63,145 nucleotides of DNA from contig CAYNJY010000006.1 of NCBI GenBank assembly GCA_964397755.1, forward strand, positions 1 through 63,145. Direction: 5' to 3'. The stretch comes from an uncultured Gammaproteobacteria bacterium. GTDB taxonomy: Bacteria > Patescibacteriota > Microgenomatia > UBA10105 > UBA927. Below, in pieces: positions 7,944 to 16,853 of the stretch. The translations under genes were made by a program, and so were the position numbers. Positions within the stretch are counted from its first letter, which is position 1; the number at the start of each line of letters is the position of its first letter. Under the pieces are notes generated by a model, which saw nothing but the letters and a program-made list of their open reading frames with translations, ran no database searches and had not been told where the DNA came from.

Positions 7944-10865
7944 CTATTGTAGTATGTTTCGCAGGAACTGTCCTGTGTATGAGGAGGAAATGCGACTAAC
8001 GTCTTGTGGTGTTCCCTCACCGACTACCCTCCCACCCGCTTCCCCTCCCTCCGGACCAAGGTCAATAATCCAGTCGGCGTTTTTAATAACGTCAAGATTA
8101 TGTTCGATGACAATGACAGTGTTTCCGGCTTTGACCAACCGGTGAAGTACAGTCAGGAGTTTCTCTAGGTCGGCAAAATGAAGACCTGTTGTCGGCTCAT
8201 CGAGTATGTAGAGAGTCCGGCCGGTACCGCGTCGTCCGAGTTCTGTTGCTAGTTTTACCCGTTGGGCTTCTCCACCGGAAAGTGTTGTAGCCGGTTGTCC
8301 GAGTCGGATATAACCGAGGCCTACGTCACGCAGCGTTTCGAGTTTTCCTCGTACGCGTGGGTGGGTGTAAAAAAGTTCACAACCTTCAATGACGGTGAGG
8401 TCGAGAACCTGCGCAATATTTTCGCCTTGGTATGCTACCTCGAGCGTTTCACTGTTATACCTTGCCCCCGCACAGACCTCGCACGTCACGTAGACATCGG
8501 CAAGAAACTGCATTTCAATTTTCCTCTGCCCCTGCCCCTCACACGCCTCACAGCGACCACCCTTCACATTAAAGGAAAACCGGCCGGCTTTGTATCCTCG
8601 TCTTCGTGAATCAGCAAGGTCGGCAAATATCTCTCGAATAAAAGAAAAAACACCTGTATATGTTGCGGGATTACTTCTTGGTGTGCGGCCAATCGGCGAC
8701 TGGTCAATGAGGATGACCTTATCAAGCGCCTCTACCCCAAAAATTTTTTTAAATGCCCCCGGACGGGTTTTAGAGAAAGGATTGAAATGCCGCACCAAGG
8801 CTGGACACAGCGTTTCCACCACCAAGGACGATTTCCCAGACCCCGAAACTCCGGTAATACAAATGAAACGGCCTAACGGTATTGTTACATTAATGTTTTT
8901 GAGATTATTATGACTGACTCCTTCAATGCCCAATGAAGAGGTGGGCTGTATTGGAAGTGTGTGGGTATTTGATGCGATGGTGCGTTTCCCCGTAAGGAAT
9001 TCTCCGGTTATGGAACGGCTATTTTTTTTGATATCACTAAGAGTTCCTCGCGCAACCACAGATCCACCGTATTTTCCTGCCCCGGGTCCAAAATCGACAA
9101 TCCAGTCAGTAGATTCCATCATTTCGCGATCATGCTCGACGACGATTATGGTGTTGCCCAAATCCCGTAGTCGTTTGAGCGTATGAATGAGTCGTTGGTT
9201 ATCCCGCTGATGGAGGCCGATAGAAGGCTCATCCAAAACATACAGAACTCCCGTGAGTCCTGAGCCGATTTGGGAAGCGAGCCGTATGCGCTGGGCCTCC
9301 CCTCCTGCAAGCGTTTGGGCGCTACGAGAAAGCGTGAGATACTCCAGTCCCACACTGACAAGAAATCCCAGCCTGCTTTCAATTTCTTTGACAATTGGTG
9401 CGGCAATAGTTTTTTCTGTTGGGCTCAGCTTGGAATTTGCGCCGAGGTCCTTGATCCAAGACAGCGAATCGACTATGGAAAGTTCCGTCACATCCGCAAT
9501 CGAAAAGCCGTCTATGGTCACCGTAAGACTTTCATCTTTGAGTCTCCTCCCTTTGCATTTGTTGCATATTTCTTCCCGCATGTACTTTTCTATTTCCGCT
9601 CGAAGAAATTCAGACTCGGTTTCTCCATACCTACGCGACAGTTCTGGAATAACACCGCTAAACGATTCTTGGATTGAAGTCATCTCTCCAAAACGATTTG
9701 TGCCTACCACCCGATGGAGAGTCTCGCCCGTACCATAGAGGAGCACGCGTCGTTGTTTGGCGGTAAGAAGCTTCAGCGGTTGTCGCAGATCAATACCATA
9801 TTTTTTGGCGACGGTTGCAATAACCCGGCTATACCACGTGTCATGGAAAAACATTTTCGCAAAGGGAAGCAGTCCTCCCTCGCTGATTGAAAGATTGGGA
9901 TTAATGACCAGTTCCGGATCCGCAGTGAGAATTGTCCCAATGCCGCTACACGCAGGGCATGCTCCATGTGGGGAATTAAACGAAAATGAACGTGGTTCAA
10001 CTTCTGGTAAAGAAATGTTGTCTACCGGGCAGCTGAATTTTTCTGAAAAAATATGATCTTCGACATGCTTGGGCTTTTCAGGTATCCCAAAGCCCTGGTC
10101 ACGAATCTCGCCAACAGTTACGAGGCCATCAGAAAGAGCACGTGACTGTTCGACGGCATCGGCGATGCGTGAACGCAGTATTGCACCTTTCTCTTTTTTG
10201 GTGGCTTGTCGGTCAACACTGAGCGAGTCAACGACCACGTCAATGGTGTGTTTGTTGGTCTTAATAAGAAGCATGTCTTCGTCAACACTCATAAATCTTG
10301 TATCTACTCGCACATGGTTGTAGCCTTTGGCGCGCAGGTTATCAAACAAACCGCTAAATTCTCCTTTGCGATCGCGAACAACCGACGCCATAATGAGAAA
10401 CCTCACCTGTTTGCGACCGTCTTCAAATTTCTTGTCAATAAAATTAACAATTGCTCGTACTATCTGGTCTTGTGACTGCCGGGAAACTTCGCGGCCGCAG
10501 ATCGGGCAGTGCGGATGACCGACCCGGGCAAAGGCAAGCCGCAGGTAATCATATATTTCCGTGACCGTTCCGACTGTTGAGCGAGGGTTATGAGAAGTCG
10601 ATTTTTGATCAATAGAGATCGCTGGCGAAAGTCCCTCGATGGTATCTACATCAGGTTTGTCCATGACTCCGAGAAATTGTCGTGCGTAAGAGGAGAGCGA
10701 CTCCACGTAGCGTCTCTGTCCTTCTGCATAAATTGTGTCGAATGCGAGGGATGATTTTCCCGAACCCGATACGCCGGTGAAGACTATAAGAGTATTTTTC
10801 GGTAGCTCGAGTGAAATATTTTTTAGGTTGTGTTGACGGGCTCCTTTGATACGTATCGTATTCAT
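7944..10865 (-). CDS. uvrA: excinuclease ABC subunit A
   Basis: Two ABC ATPase modules (GVSGSGKSSL twice, LSGGEAQR twice) and zinc-finger cysteines. Start at the ATG for MNTIRIKGARQHNLKN. Confidence 0.95.
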   Translation of the reverse strand: MNTIRIKGARQHNLKNISLELPKNTLIVFTGVSGSGKSSLAFDTIYAEGQRRYVESLSSYARQFLGVMDKPDVDTIEGLSPAISIDQKSTSHNPRSTVGTVTEIYDYLRLAFARVGHPHCPICGREVSRQSQDQIVRAIVNFIDKKFEDGRKQVRFLIMASVVRDRKGEFSGLFDNLRAKGYNHVRVDTRFMSVDEDMLLIKTNKHTIDVVVDSLSVDRQATKKEKGAILRSRIADAVEQSRALSDGLVTVGEIRDQGFGIPEKPKHVEDHIFSEKFSCPVDNISLPEVEPRSFSFNSPHGACPACSGIGTILTADPELVINPNLSISEGGLLPFAKMFFHDTWYSRVIATVAKKYGIDLRQPLKLLTAKQRRVLLYGTGETLHRVVGTNRFGEMTSIQESFSGVIPELSRRYGETESEFLRAEIEKYMREEICNKCKGRRLKDESLTVTIDGFSIADVTELSIVDSLSWIKDLGANSKLSPTEKTIAAPIVKEIESRLGFLVSVGLEYLTLSRSAQTLAGGEAQRIRLASQIGSGLTGVLYVLDEPSIGLHQRDNQRLIHTLKRLRDLGNTIIVVEHDREMMESTDWIVDFGPGAGKYGGSVVARGTLSDIKKNSRSITGEFLTGKRTIASNTHTLPIQPTSSLGIEGVSHNNLKNINVTIPLGRFICITGVSGSGKSSLVVETLCPALVRHFNPFSKTRPGAFKKIFGVEALDKVILIDQSPIGRTPRSNPATYTGVFSFIREIFADLADSRRRGYKAGRFSFNVKGGRCEACEGQGQRKIEMQFLADVYVTCEVCAGARYNSETLEVAYQGENIAQVLDLTVIEGCELFYTHPRVRGKLETLRDVGLGYIRLGQPATTLSGGEAQRVKLATELGRRGTGRTLYILDEPTTGLHFADLEKLLTVLHRLVKAGNTVIVIEHNLDVIKNADWIIDLGPEGGEAGGRVVGEGTPQDVSRISSSYTGQFLRNILQ

Positions 10866-10874
10866 AAACAACAC

Positions 10875-10900
10875 AAAAATCCCCTCAGATGATTCTGGGG
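10875..10900 (-). terminator. candidate intrinsic (possibly leaky) terminator between uvrB and uvrA
   Basis: Minus strand reads CCCCAGA-ATCA-TCTGAGGGG (one bulge) followed by ATTTTTGTGTTGTTT. The uvrA ATG follows about 10 nt later. Confidence 0.4.
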
Positions 10901-10922
10901 CCACTGCGTAGTATAACCCACC

Positions 10923-12911
10923 TTACCTCGATGTCTCAAGCAGACGGATCAGGTCTCGGATTCTGGCCGCACGTTCAAAATTCATGTCCCTACTCGCACG
11001 GTGCATGTTTTTTACGAGTTCCCGAAGTTTTCTTTTTTTATCATACGGCGTGAGAGATTCAATCATGTTTTCCAAAAGCGGCGCATCGGGCGACGGACTA
11101 GCCTCCGGTGTTACTTCGACCAGTCGTTCTCTAAAAGGTTTCCCAATACTCTTCGGACTGATGTGGTGTAGCGTATTGTAGCTGATCTGTGCAGCACGTC
11201 GGCGATCGACCTCGGCAGTTGCCTCTCGTATCGCCTCTGTCACGCTGTCCGCATAGAGAATCACGTGTCCTCTGACATGGCGAGCCGCTCGTCCCATGGT
11301 TTGAATAAGGCTCACGCGACTTCGAAGAAACCCTTCTTTATCTGCATCAAGAACTGCGACCATTGACACTTCAGGAAGATCAAGACCTTCTCTGAGAAGG
11401 TTTACGCCAACGAGGACGTCATACGTGCCTTTGCGAAGATCTGCCAGAATATCGGATCTCTTTATCGTTTCAATGTCAGCGTGAAGGTAATGAACATTAA
11501 TGCCTTGCTCCCGCAAGTATTCGGCTACATCCTCTGCCATACGCTTGGTAACGGTCGTGACGAGTACTCGCTCATGACGCGCGACTCGATGGGTAATTTT
11601 CTTCAACAAATCCGCTATCTGACCTTTCGTACGACGGATTTCTACCTGTGGATCAACGAGTCCCGTCGGTCGGAGGAGCTGTTCGGTTACCGGTCCTCGA
11701 GAACGTTCCCAGTCAGCCGGTGTTGCAGACACATAGATCGTTTGGGGTATGCTTCGCAAAAATTCGTCGAACGTAAGCGGACGGTTATCCAGGGCAGCCG
11801 GGAGCCGGAAGCCAAAGTCGACAAGCGTTTGTTTTCGAGACCGGTCGCCACTCCACATCCCGCGTATTTGCGGAAGGCTCATGTGGGACTCATCGATTAT
11901 CAAAAGCCAGTTTGCACGAGCTGCTTCTTCAAAATAATCAAATAACGTATACGGCGGCTCACCAGGCCTTCTCCCATCAAAGTAACGCGAGTAGTTTTCG
12001 ATGCCACTAACGTAACCAACTTCCTGTATCATCTCAAGATCGTAATTGACCCGCTCGCGGATGCGCTGCGCTTCAAGAAGCTTGCCCTGTTTCATAAAGT
12101 AGCTCGTGCGCTCTTCGAGGTCGCTTCGTACCTGCCGAAACACATCGCGGTACGTCGCCGGGTCTGTCATGTAATGCTTCGCAGGGTAAATCATGATTTC
12201 CTCGAGCCGTTCCTGTATGCGACCGGTCAGCGTGTCTATTCGTTCTATCGAATGAATGAAACCGTTTGAGAGAACAAAGCGTATGCCACTGTCATCGTAT
12301 GCTGGAAAAAGGTCAAGTGATTCGCCACGAATCCTAAATGTACCCCTCGCGAATCCGTAGTCATCGCGTTTATACTGGAGATCAACAAGCCTGTCGACAA
12401 TGCTCTGCCGCTCTTCGCGCATACCGCGCTTTGCTTCAATCACGAAGTGGACGTACTGCCTCGGAGATCCAATGTTGTAAATGCACGATACAGAAGCGAC
12501 GATTATGGTATCGCGCCGACTAAGGACATTTCTCGTTGCTGCAAGACGTAGCGTATCAAGTTCTTCATTAATTTCCGTCTCTTTTTCTATGTACGTATTT
12601 GTTTGGGGAACGTATGCTTCGGGTTGATAGTAATCGTAGTAGGAAACAAAATACGAGACAGCATTGTTGGGAAAGAATGCTCGAAATTCCTGATACAATT
12701 GTGCAGCAAGCGTTTTGTTGTGGGATATGATGAGCGTTGGGCGCCGTAGCTGGGCAATTACATTGGCCATTGTGAAGGTTTTTCCGCTCCCTGTGACACC
12801 AAGAAGTACCTGTTCCTTCTCACCAGACTGTATGTGTCGTACAAGGTTTTCTATCGCCTGGCGCTGATTTTCGGTTGGACGAAACGCTGATTGTAACGTA
12901 AATGCTTTCAT
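10923..12911 (-). CDS. uvrB: excinuclease ABC subunit B
   Basis: Helicase motifs GVTGSGKTFT and DESH, and a C-terminal UVR domain (MNFERAARIRDLI). Confidence 0.95.
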   Translation of the reverse strand: MKAFTLQSAFRPTENQRQAIENLVRHIQSGEKEQVLLGVTGSGKTFTMANVIAQLRRPTLIISHNKTLAAQLYQEFRAFFPNNAVSYFVSYYDYYQPEAYVPQTNTYIEKETEINEELDTLRLAATRNVLSRRDTIIVASVSCIYNIGSPRQYVHFVIEAKRGMREERQSIVDRLVDLQYKRDDYGFARGTFRIRGESLDLFPAYDDSGIRFVLSNGFIHSIERIDTLTGRIQERLEEIMIYPAKHYMTDPATYRDVFRQVRSDLEERTSYFMKQGKLLEAQRIRERVNYDLEMIQEVGYVSGIENYSRYFDGRRPGEPPYTLFDYFEEAARANWLLIIDESHMSLPQIRGMWSGDRSRKQTLVDFGFRLPAALDNRPLTFDEFLRSIPQTIYVSATPADWERSRGPVTEQLLRPTGLVDPQVEIRRTKGQIADLLKKITHRVARHERVLVTTVTKRMAEDVAEYLREQGINVHYLHADIETIKRSDILADLRKGTYDVLVGVNLLREGLDLPEVSMVAVLDADKEGFLRSRVSLIQTMGRAARHVRGHVILYADSVTEAIREATAEVDRRRAAQISYNTLHHISPKSIGKPFRERLVEVTPEASPSPDAPLLENMIESLTPYDKKRKLRELVKNMHRASRDMNFERAARIRDLIRLLETSR

Positions 12912-12944
12912 AGGTCCGTTCGGTTTGATTTTAAAATTGATACC

Positions 12945-12972
12945 ATTATACTGTATTTGAGGTTCTTGACAA
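12945..12972 (-). promoter_or_regulatory. uvrB promoter TTGTCA-16 nt-TATAAT
   Basis: Minus strand has TTGTCA (12972-12967), a 16-nt spacer and TATAAT (12950-12945). Confidence 0.45.
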
Positions 12973-12994
12973 TTCGGTAATTATTTGAAATACT
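12966..12994 (+). promoter_or_regulatory. lexA promoter TTGACA-17 nt-AATACT
   Basis: Plus strand has TTGACA (12966-12971), a 17-nt spacer and AATACT (12989-12994). Its -35 overlaps the uvrB -35 on the opposite strand. Confidence 0.4.
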
Positions 12995-13026
12995 GGCTAT
13001 AAATATACGTTACATCATTTTGAATC

Positions 13027-13650
13027 ATGCCACCAATACTCTATCCGCGCGAACGTCAGCTTCTTGATTTTATTATGCAGTTTATTCAGCGTTACGGCTA
13101 TGCCCCGACGCTGAAGGAGATCGGCGAGGCGTTGCACATTTCCTCTCCGGCGACGGTTCACGAACATATCGACAGACTTCGACAGAAGGGCTACGTAAAA
13201 AAGCTAGACGGCACCGCTCGAGGATTGGAAGTTGTCGCGGATAAATTTCGACCAACCGGCATGGAGGCACCGGTGGAACTACCAGTGTTGGGATGTATCG
13301 CTGCCGGCTCTCCCCTGGAACCGTATATAGACCCAAATTTTTATGTGTCAGTCTCACCAGGCATGGTTTCATCCAATAAACCACACTATATTCTTCAGGT
13401 GAAAGGAACATCGATGATCGACGACGGCATTATTGAGGGCGACTACGTGGTCATCCAACACCAGCAGGATGCGCAAAATGGTGATATCGTGGTTGCACTT
13501 CTTCCGAACGGCCTAGCGACGCTTAAGCGGATTTACTTTGAGAAAGAGCGTATCAAGCTCGCACCAGCAAATTCCCAGATGGCGCCCATCTTCACCACAC
13601 ACGTCAAGATACAGGGAAAGGTTGTAGGGCTCATCCGCAAGTACGTCTAA
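13027..13650 (+). CDS. lexA: LexA repressor (S24 peptidase)
   Basis: Winged-helix N-terminus (PTLKEIGEAL), Ala-Gly cleavage site in CIAAGSP, catalytic Ser in VKGTSMIDDGI and Lys in TLKRIY. Confidence 0.9.
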   Translation: MPPILYPRERQLLDFIMQFIQRYGYAPTLKEIGEALHISSPATVHEHIDRLRQKGYVKKLDGTARGLEVVADKFRPTGMEAPVELPVLGCIAAGSPLEPYIDPNFYVSVSPGMVSSNKPHYILQVKGTSMIDDGIIEGDYVVIQHQQDAQNGDIVVALLPNGLATLKRIYFEKERIKLAPANSQMAPIFTTHVKIQGKVVGLIRKYV

Positions 13651-14297
13651 GTCTTTCTTCTCATAACGGCTTTTACCCAACGAAGAAGAACGTGGAACAC
13701 GATAGGGAGCACCGACCCGATCACGATGAGAAGAATGACAAATTCGTAATGGGTTTTGATCCACGGGATATTTCCCAGGAAGTAGCCGAGTGTTGAAATT
13801 CCAACAGCCCAGAGCACGCCACCGACAAAATTATAAAGGAGGAACGTCTGGTAGTGCATTTTTGCAACGCCGGCAACGATTGGGGCGAATGTCCGAACAA
13901 ACGGAACAAATCGGGCAAGGACGATAGTTTTCCCCCCATTTTTCTCGTAAAAGCGCTGCGCCTCAAGAAGGTGATGGCGCTTAAAGAGGAGCGAGTCTTT
14001 CTTCTCAAAAAGCTTTTCCCCGACTTTGTGTCCGAACCAGTAGCCGACGTTATCTCCGAGGATGGCCGCACTGAAGGTCACGATAAGGAGGATAGGGTAA
14101 GAGAGGAGTCCCTGCGATGCAAGGACGCCGGCGGTAAAAAGCAGGCTGTCACCGGGTAAAAAAAAGCCAAAGAAGAGTCCTGACTCGGCAAACAGAACAG
14201 CAAAAACGCCAATGAGCCCAAGGGTCTTAATAAGAAGTTCCGGCTCCAAGAGTACCTTCAGTTGTTCCATAGCAGAAAAAATGCCGGCATCGAGCAT
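13647..14297 (-). CDS. DedA-family membrane protein
   Basis: FFLPGDSLLFTAGVLA motif and multiple TM helices. Its stop codon overlaps the lexA stop (convergent genes). Confidence 0.85.
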   Translation of the reverse strand: MLDAGIFSAMEQLKVLLEPELLIKTLGLIGVFAVLFAESGLFFGFFLPGDSLLFTAGVLASQGLLSYPILLIVTFSAAILGDNVGYWFGHKVGEKLFEKKDSLLFKRHHLLEAQRFYEKNGGKTIVLARFVPFVRTFAPIVAGVAKMHYQTFLLYNFVGGVLWAVGISTLGYFLGNIPWIKTHYEFVILLIVIGSVLPIVFHVLLRWVKAVMRRKT

Positions 14298-14320
14298 TCT
14301 GCCGGTGTATAATCGATTGT

Positions 14321-15013
14321 ATGGGAACGCTCTTTATCGTGTCAACACCGATCGGAAACCTCGAGGATATTACCATCCGGGCTATCAAAACCCTCTTCTC
14401 TGTGGATTTTATCGCCTGCGAAGATACTCGCAGAACCGGAACACTCCTTCAGGAACTCAAAAAACGCTTCACAAACCGAAAGAAATGCACATTGGTGCGA
14501 TATAACAATCATACAGAAAATCAACAGACTCCGTTGCTTATTTCGCGATTAACGCAGGGAAAAAATGTTGCACTCGTCTCAGACGCGGGGACGCCCCTCA
14601 TTTCCGACCCCGGCTACGAACTCGTCAGCGAAGCCCTTACGCGTGGTATCAAGGTGATAAGTATTCCCGGCCCCACTGCCGCAATCGCAGCACTTACCGT
14701 CTCCGGTTTGCCCACCAATCACGTTCTCTTCCTCGGTTACCCGCCAGACAAACAATCCCACCGCATCAAGCTGTTCCAAAATTTACTACAGATGAATCGA
14801 TTCATGTATAGTACCTACATTTACTATTGCGCGCCGCATAAGCTCAAACAGACGTTGGGGGACATGAAAGAAGTGCTCGGAGATATTGACATTGTCGTTG
14901 CTCGGGAGCTTACCAAGGTTCACGAAGAAGTCTGGCGGGGAACGATCTCTGGAGCGCAAAAAGTGTTTTCTCTTCCCAAGGGTGAATTTGTTCTTCTCTT
15001 CCAAATTTTCTAA
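14321..15013 (+). CDS. rsmI: 16S rRNA (cytidine1402-2'-O)-methyltransferase RsmI
   Basis: LFIVSTPIGNLEDITIRAIKTL, ACEDTRRTG and VSDAGTPLISDPG motifs. Confidence 0.9.
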   Translation: MGTLFIVSTPIGNLEDITIRAIKTLFSVDFIACEDTRRTGTLLQELKKRFTNRKKCTLVRYNNHTENQQTPLLISRLTQGKNVALVSDAGTPLISDPGYELVSEALTRGIKVISIPGPTAAIAALTVSGLPTNHVLFLGYPPDKQSHRIKLFQNLLQMNRFMYSTYIYYCAPHKLKQTLGDMKEVLGDIDIVVARELTKVHEEVWRGTISGAQKVFSLPKGEFVLLFQIF

Positions 15014-15044
15014 CGCTATACATTCAATCCTCCTTCGCGGGCAA

Positions 15045-15067
15045 TCCGAGGTCTATCAGCCCTCGGA
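15045..15067. repeat. palindromic element TCCGAGG-N9-CCTCGGA between convergent rsmI and acs
   Basis: Perfect 7-bp arms read directly with no flanking U/T tract. The same arms recur inside acs at 15271-15306. Confidence 0.6.
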
Positions 15068-15070
15068 GCT

Positions 15071-16846
15071 TCAATATTCTTCAAGTGTGCTCGTATCTCC
15101 GATAGGAAGACCCATTTCTCTGGCCTTCAGGATCCGGCGCATGATTTTGCCTGAACGTGTTTTGGGGAGACGGTCGATGAACTCGATTTCGCGGGGGTAG
15201 GCATGGCCGGCGAGGTGTTTTTTTACGTATAGAGCGAGTTCTTCTTTAAGTTTCTCTTCCTCTTTCACCATCCGAGGAGTCGAGGTCGTTGCCACGCCAC
15301 CTCGGAGATGTTTTGAGGCTACCTTTTCCCTGTAGCTTTTTTCCAATACCACAAATGCTTTAATTATTTCTCCCCGCATGGGATCGGGCTTGCCGATAAC
15401 GCCAGCTTCAATGACGCTAGGATGCTCGACAAGGGCTGATTCGACCTCAAACGGTCCAACACGCTCTCCGGCGGTTTTGATAACGTCGTCTGCCCTTCCA
15501 ATGAACCAAAAATAGCCATCACGATCTCGATAGGCTCGATCACCAGAGATATACCAACCATTCAAGAAGTAGCTTTGATATTTATGGGGCCGTCGCCAGA
15601 TAGTTTTCATCATGGACGGCCACGGAGGTTTAAGAGCAAGGTTGCCTTCCAGGCCGGGTTCAAGTTCTTTGCCAAAATCATTCACTATGGCAGCAACCAC
15701 ACCCGGAACTGGTTTGCCCATGGAGCCGATCTTAATATCCATGCAGGGGAAGTTGGCGATACAAATAGCGCCGGTTTCCGTCTGCCACCACGTGTCGTGA
15801 AATGCTAAACCAAAGACGCGGATGCCCCATCTGATCGCCTCCGGGTTGAGTGGTTCCCCGACCGAACAGAGGTGACGGAGGTTTGAAAGGTCGAACTGTC
15901 TCGGAAGCTTGTCGCCGGAAGCCATGAGCATGCGAATCGCCGTCGGGGCGGTATACCAAACACTGACTTTATACTTCTCAAGTATGTTGTACCACTTGGT
16001 GGGATCAAACCGGGCTGCATAGACGACCGCCGAAACTCCGGCAGCCCAACTGCCCAGAATCTCGTAGGCAATACCCGTCACCCACCCCGGATCAGCGGTA
16101 CACCAGTAGGTGTCTTCGTCATGAAGATCCAGTACCCATTTTGCTGTCGCGTACTCCTGGAGGATTGCCCGGTGACTGTGGACGACTCCCTTTGGTTTTC
16201 CCGTCGTTCCCGAGGTATAGAGCATGAAGGCGTAGTCATCGGGGTCCATGTGACTGACAGAAAGCTCGTCGCTCGCTTGAGCGAATGATTTCTTAAAACC
16301 GTCGCTGTCAACCATCAGGATATGTTCAAGCTCAGGCAATTGTCGCCGAATCTTTGCTATCCGGGTGGCTAATTCTTTATTGGTGATGACCACCTTGGCG
16401 CCACAATTTCCCAGCCTGTCGGCAAGCGCCTGCTCTTGGAAGGCTGAGAAAAGGGTTCCGGCGATGGCGCCGAGCTTCAGGATTCCCAAAAAAGAAAAGT
16501 AGAGCTCGGGAACGCGAGGGAGGAAAATAAAAACACGGTCTCCCCGACCGACGCCAAAGGCTTTGAGAATGTTGGCGACTTTGTTGGAGGCTAAAGCAAG
16601 TTCGGTAAAGGTATATTTCTGGCTTGTTCCTTCTTCGCCCTCCCAAAAGAGGGCTACTTTATTCGCGCGCCAGGTATCTAGATGCCGGTCGCAGGCGTTA
16701 TAGGCAGCGTTGATCCCTCCGTTTAACCAGTCTAGTTCCTTGCTGATGTGTCGCCAATTGAAGGAACCGTAGGCTGATTCATAGTCATCTAGGTTTGGAG
16801 GTACCTTGAATTTCTTTGAGGTCTTACGGTAAGTCTTAACCCTCAT
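15071..16846 (-). CDS. AMP-forming acetyl/acyl-CoA synthetase
   Basis: YTSGTTGKPKGV AMP-binding motif, ISGDRAYRDRDGYFWFIGRADDVIK, and C-terminal LPKTRSGKIMRR. Confidence 0.85.
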   Translation of the reverse strand: MRVKTYRKTSKKFKVPPNLDDYESAYGSFNWRHISKELDWLNGGINAAYNACDRHLDTWRANKVALFWEGEEGTSQKYTFTELALASNKVANILKAFGVGRGDRVFIFLPRVPELYFSFLGILKLGAIAGTLFSAFQEQALADRLGNCGAKVVITNKELATRIAKIRRQLPELEHILMVDSDGFKKSFAQASDELSVSHMDPDDYAFMLYTSGTTGKPKGVVHSHRAILQEYATAKWVLDLHDEDTYWCTADPGWVTGIAYEILGSWAAGVSAVVYAARFDPTKWYNILEKYKVSVWYTAPTAIRMLMASGDKLPRQFDLSNLRHLCSVGEPLNPEAIRWGIRVFGLAFHDTWWQTETGAICIANFPCMDIKIGSMGKPVPGVVAAIVNDFGKELEPGLEGNLALKPPWPSMMKTIWRRPHKYQSYFLNGWYISGDRAYRDRDGYFWFIGRADDVIKTAGERVGPFEVESALVEHPSVIEAGVIGKPDPMRGEIIKAFVVLEKSYREKVASKHLRGGVATTSTPRMVKEEEKLKEELALYVKKHLAGHAYPREIEFIDRLPKTRSGKIMRRILKAREMGLPIGDTSTLEEY

Positions 16847-16853
16847 TGTGAGC

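Noticed and set aside
10866-10904. N-terminal extensions proposed by the ORF track: uvrA to 10904, uvrC to 6196, ppsA to 23171, gatA to 53325, murT to 56412, htpX to 57531 and atpA to 43987.
   Set aside because: The extensions overlap upstream genes or terminator-like hairpins, several start at non-ATG codons, and internal ATGs align with the conserved N-termini of the families.
12949-12956. E. coli-type LexA box suggested by TACTGTAT.
   Set aside because: Only one half-site is present. The required ACAG partner 8 nt downstream is missing, and no GAAC-N4-GTTC box exists either.
13647-13650. Overlapping convergent stop codons of lexA and dedA as a possible regulatory feature.
   Set aside because: This is a simple 4-nt convergent overlap with no associated structure, and most likely reflects genome compaction.
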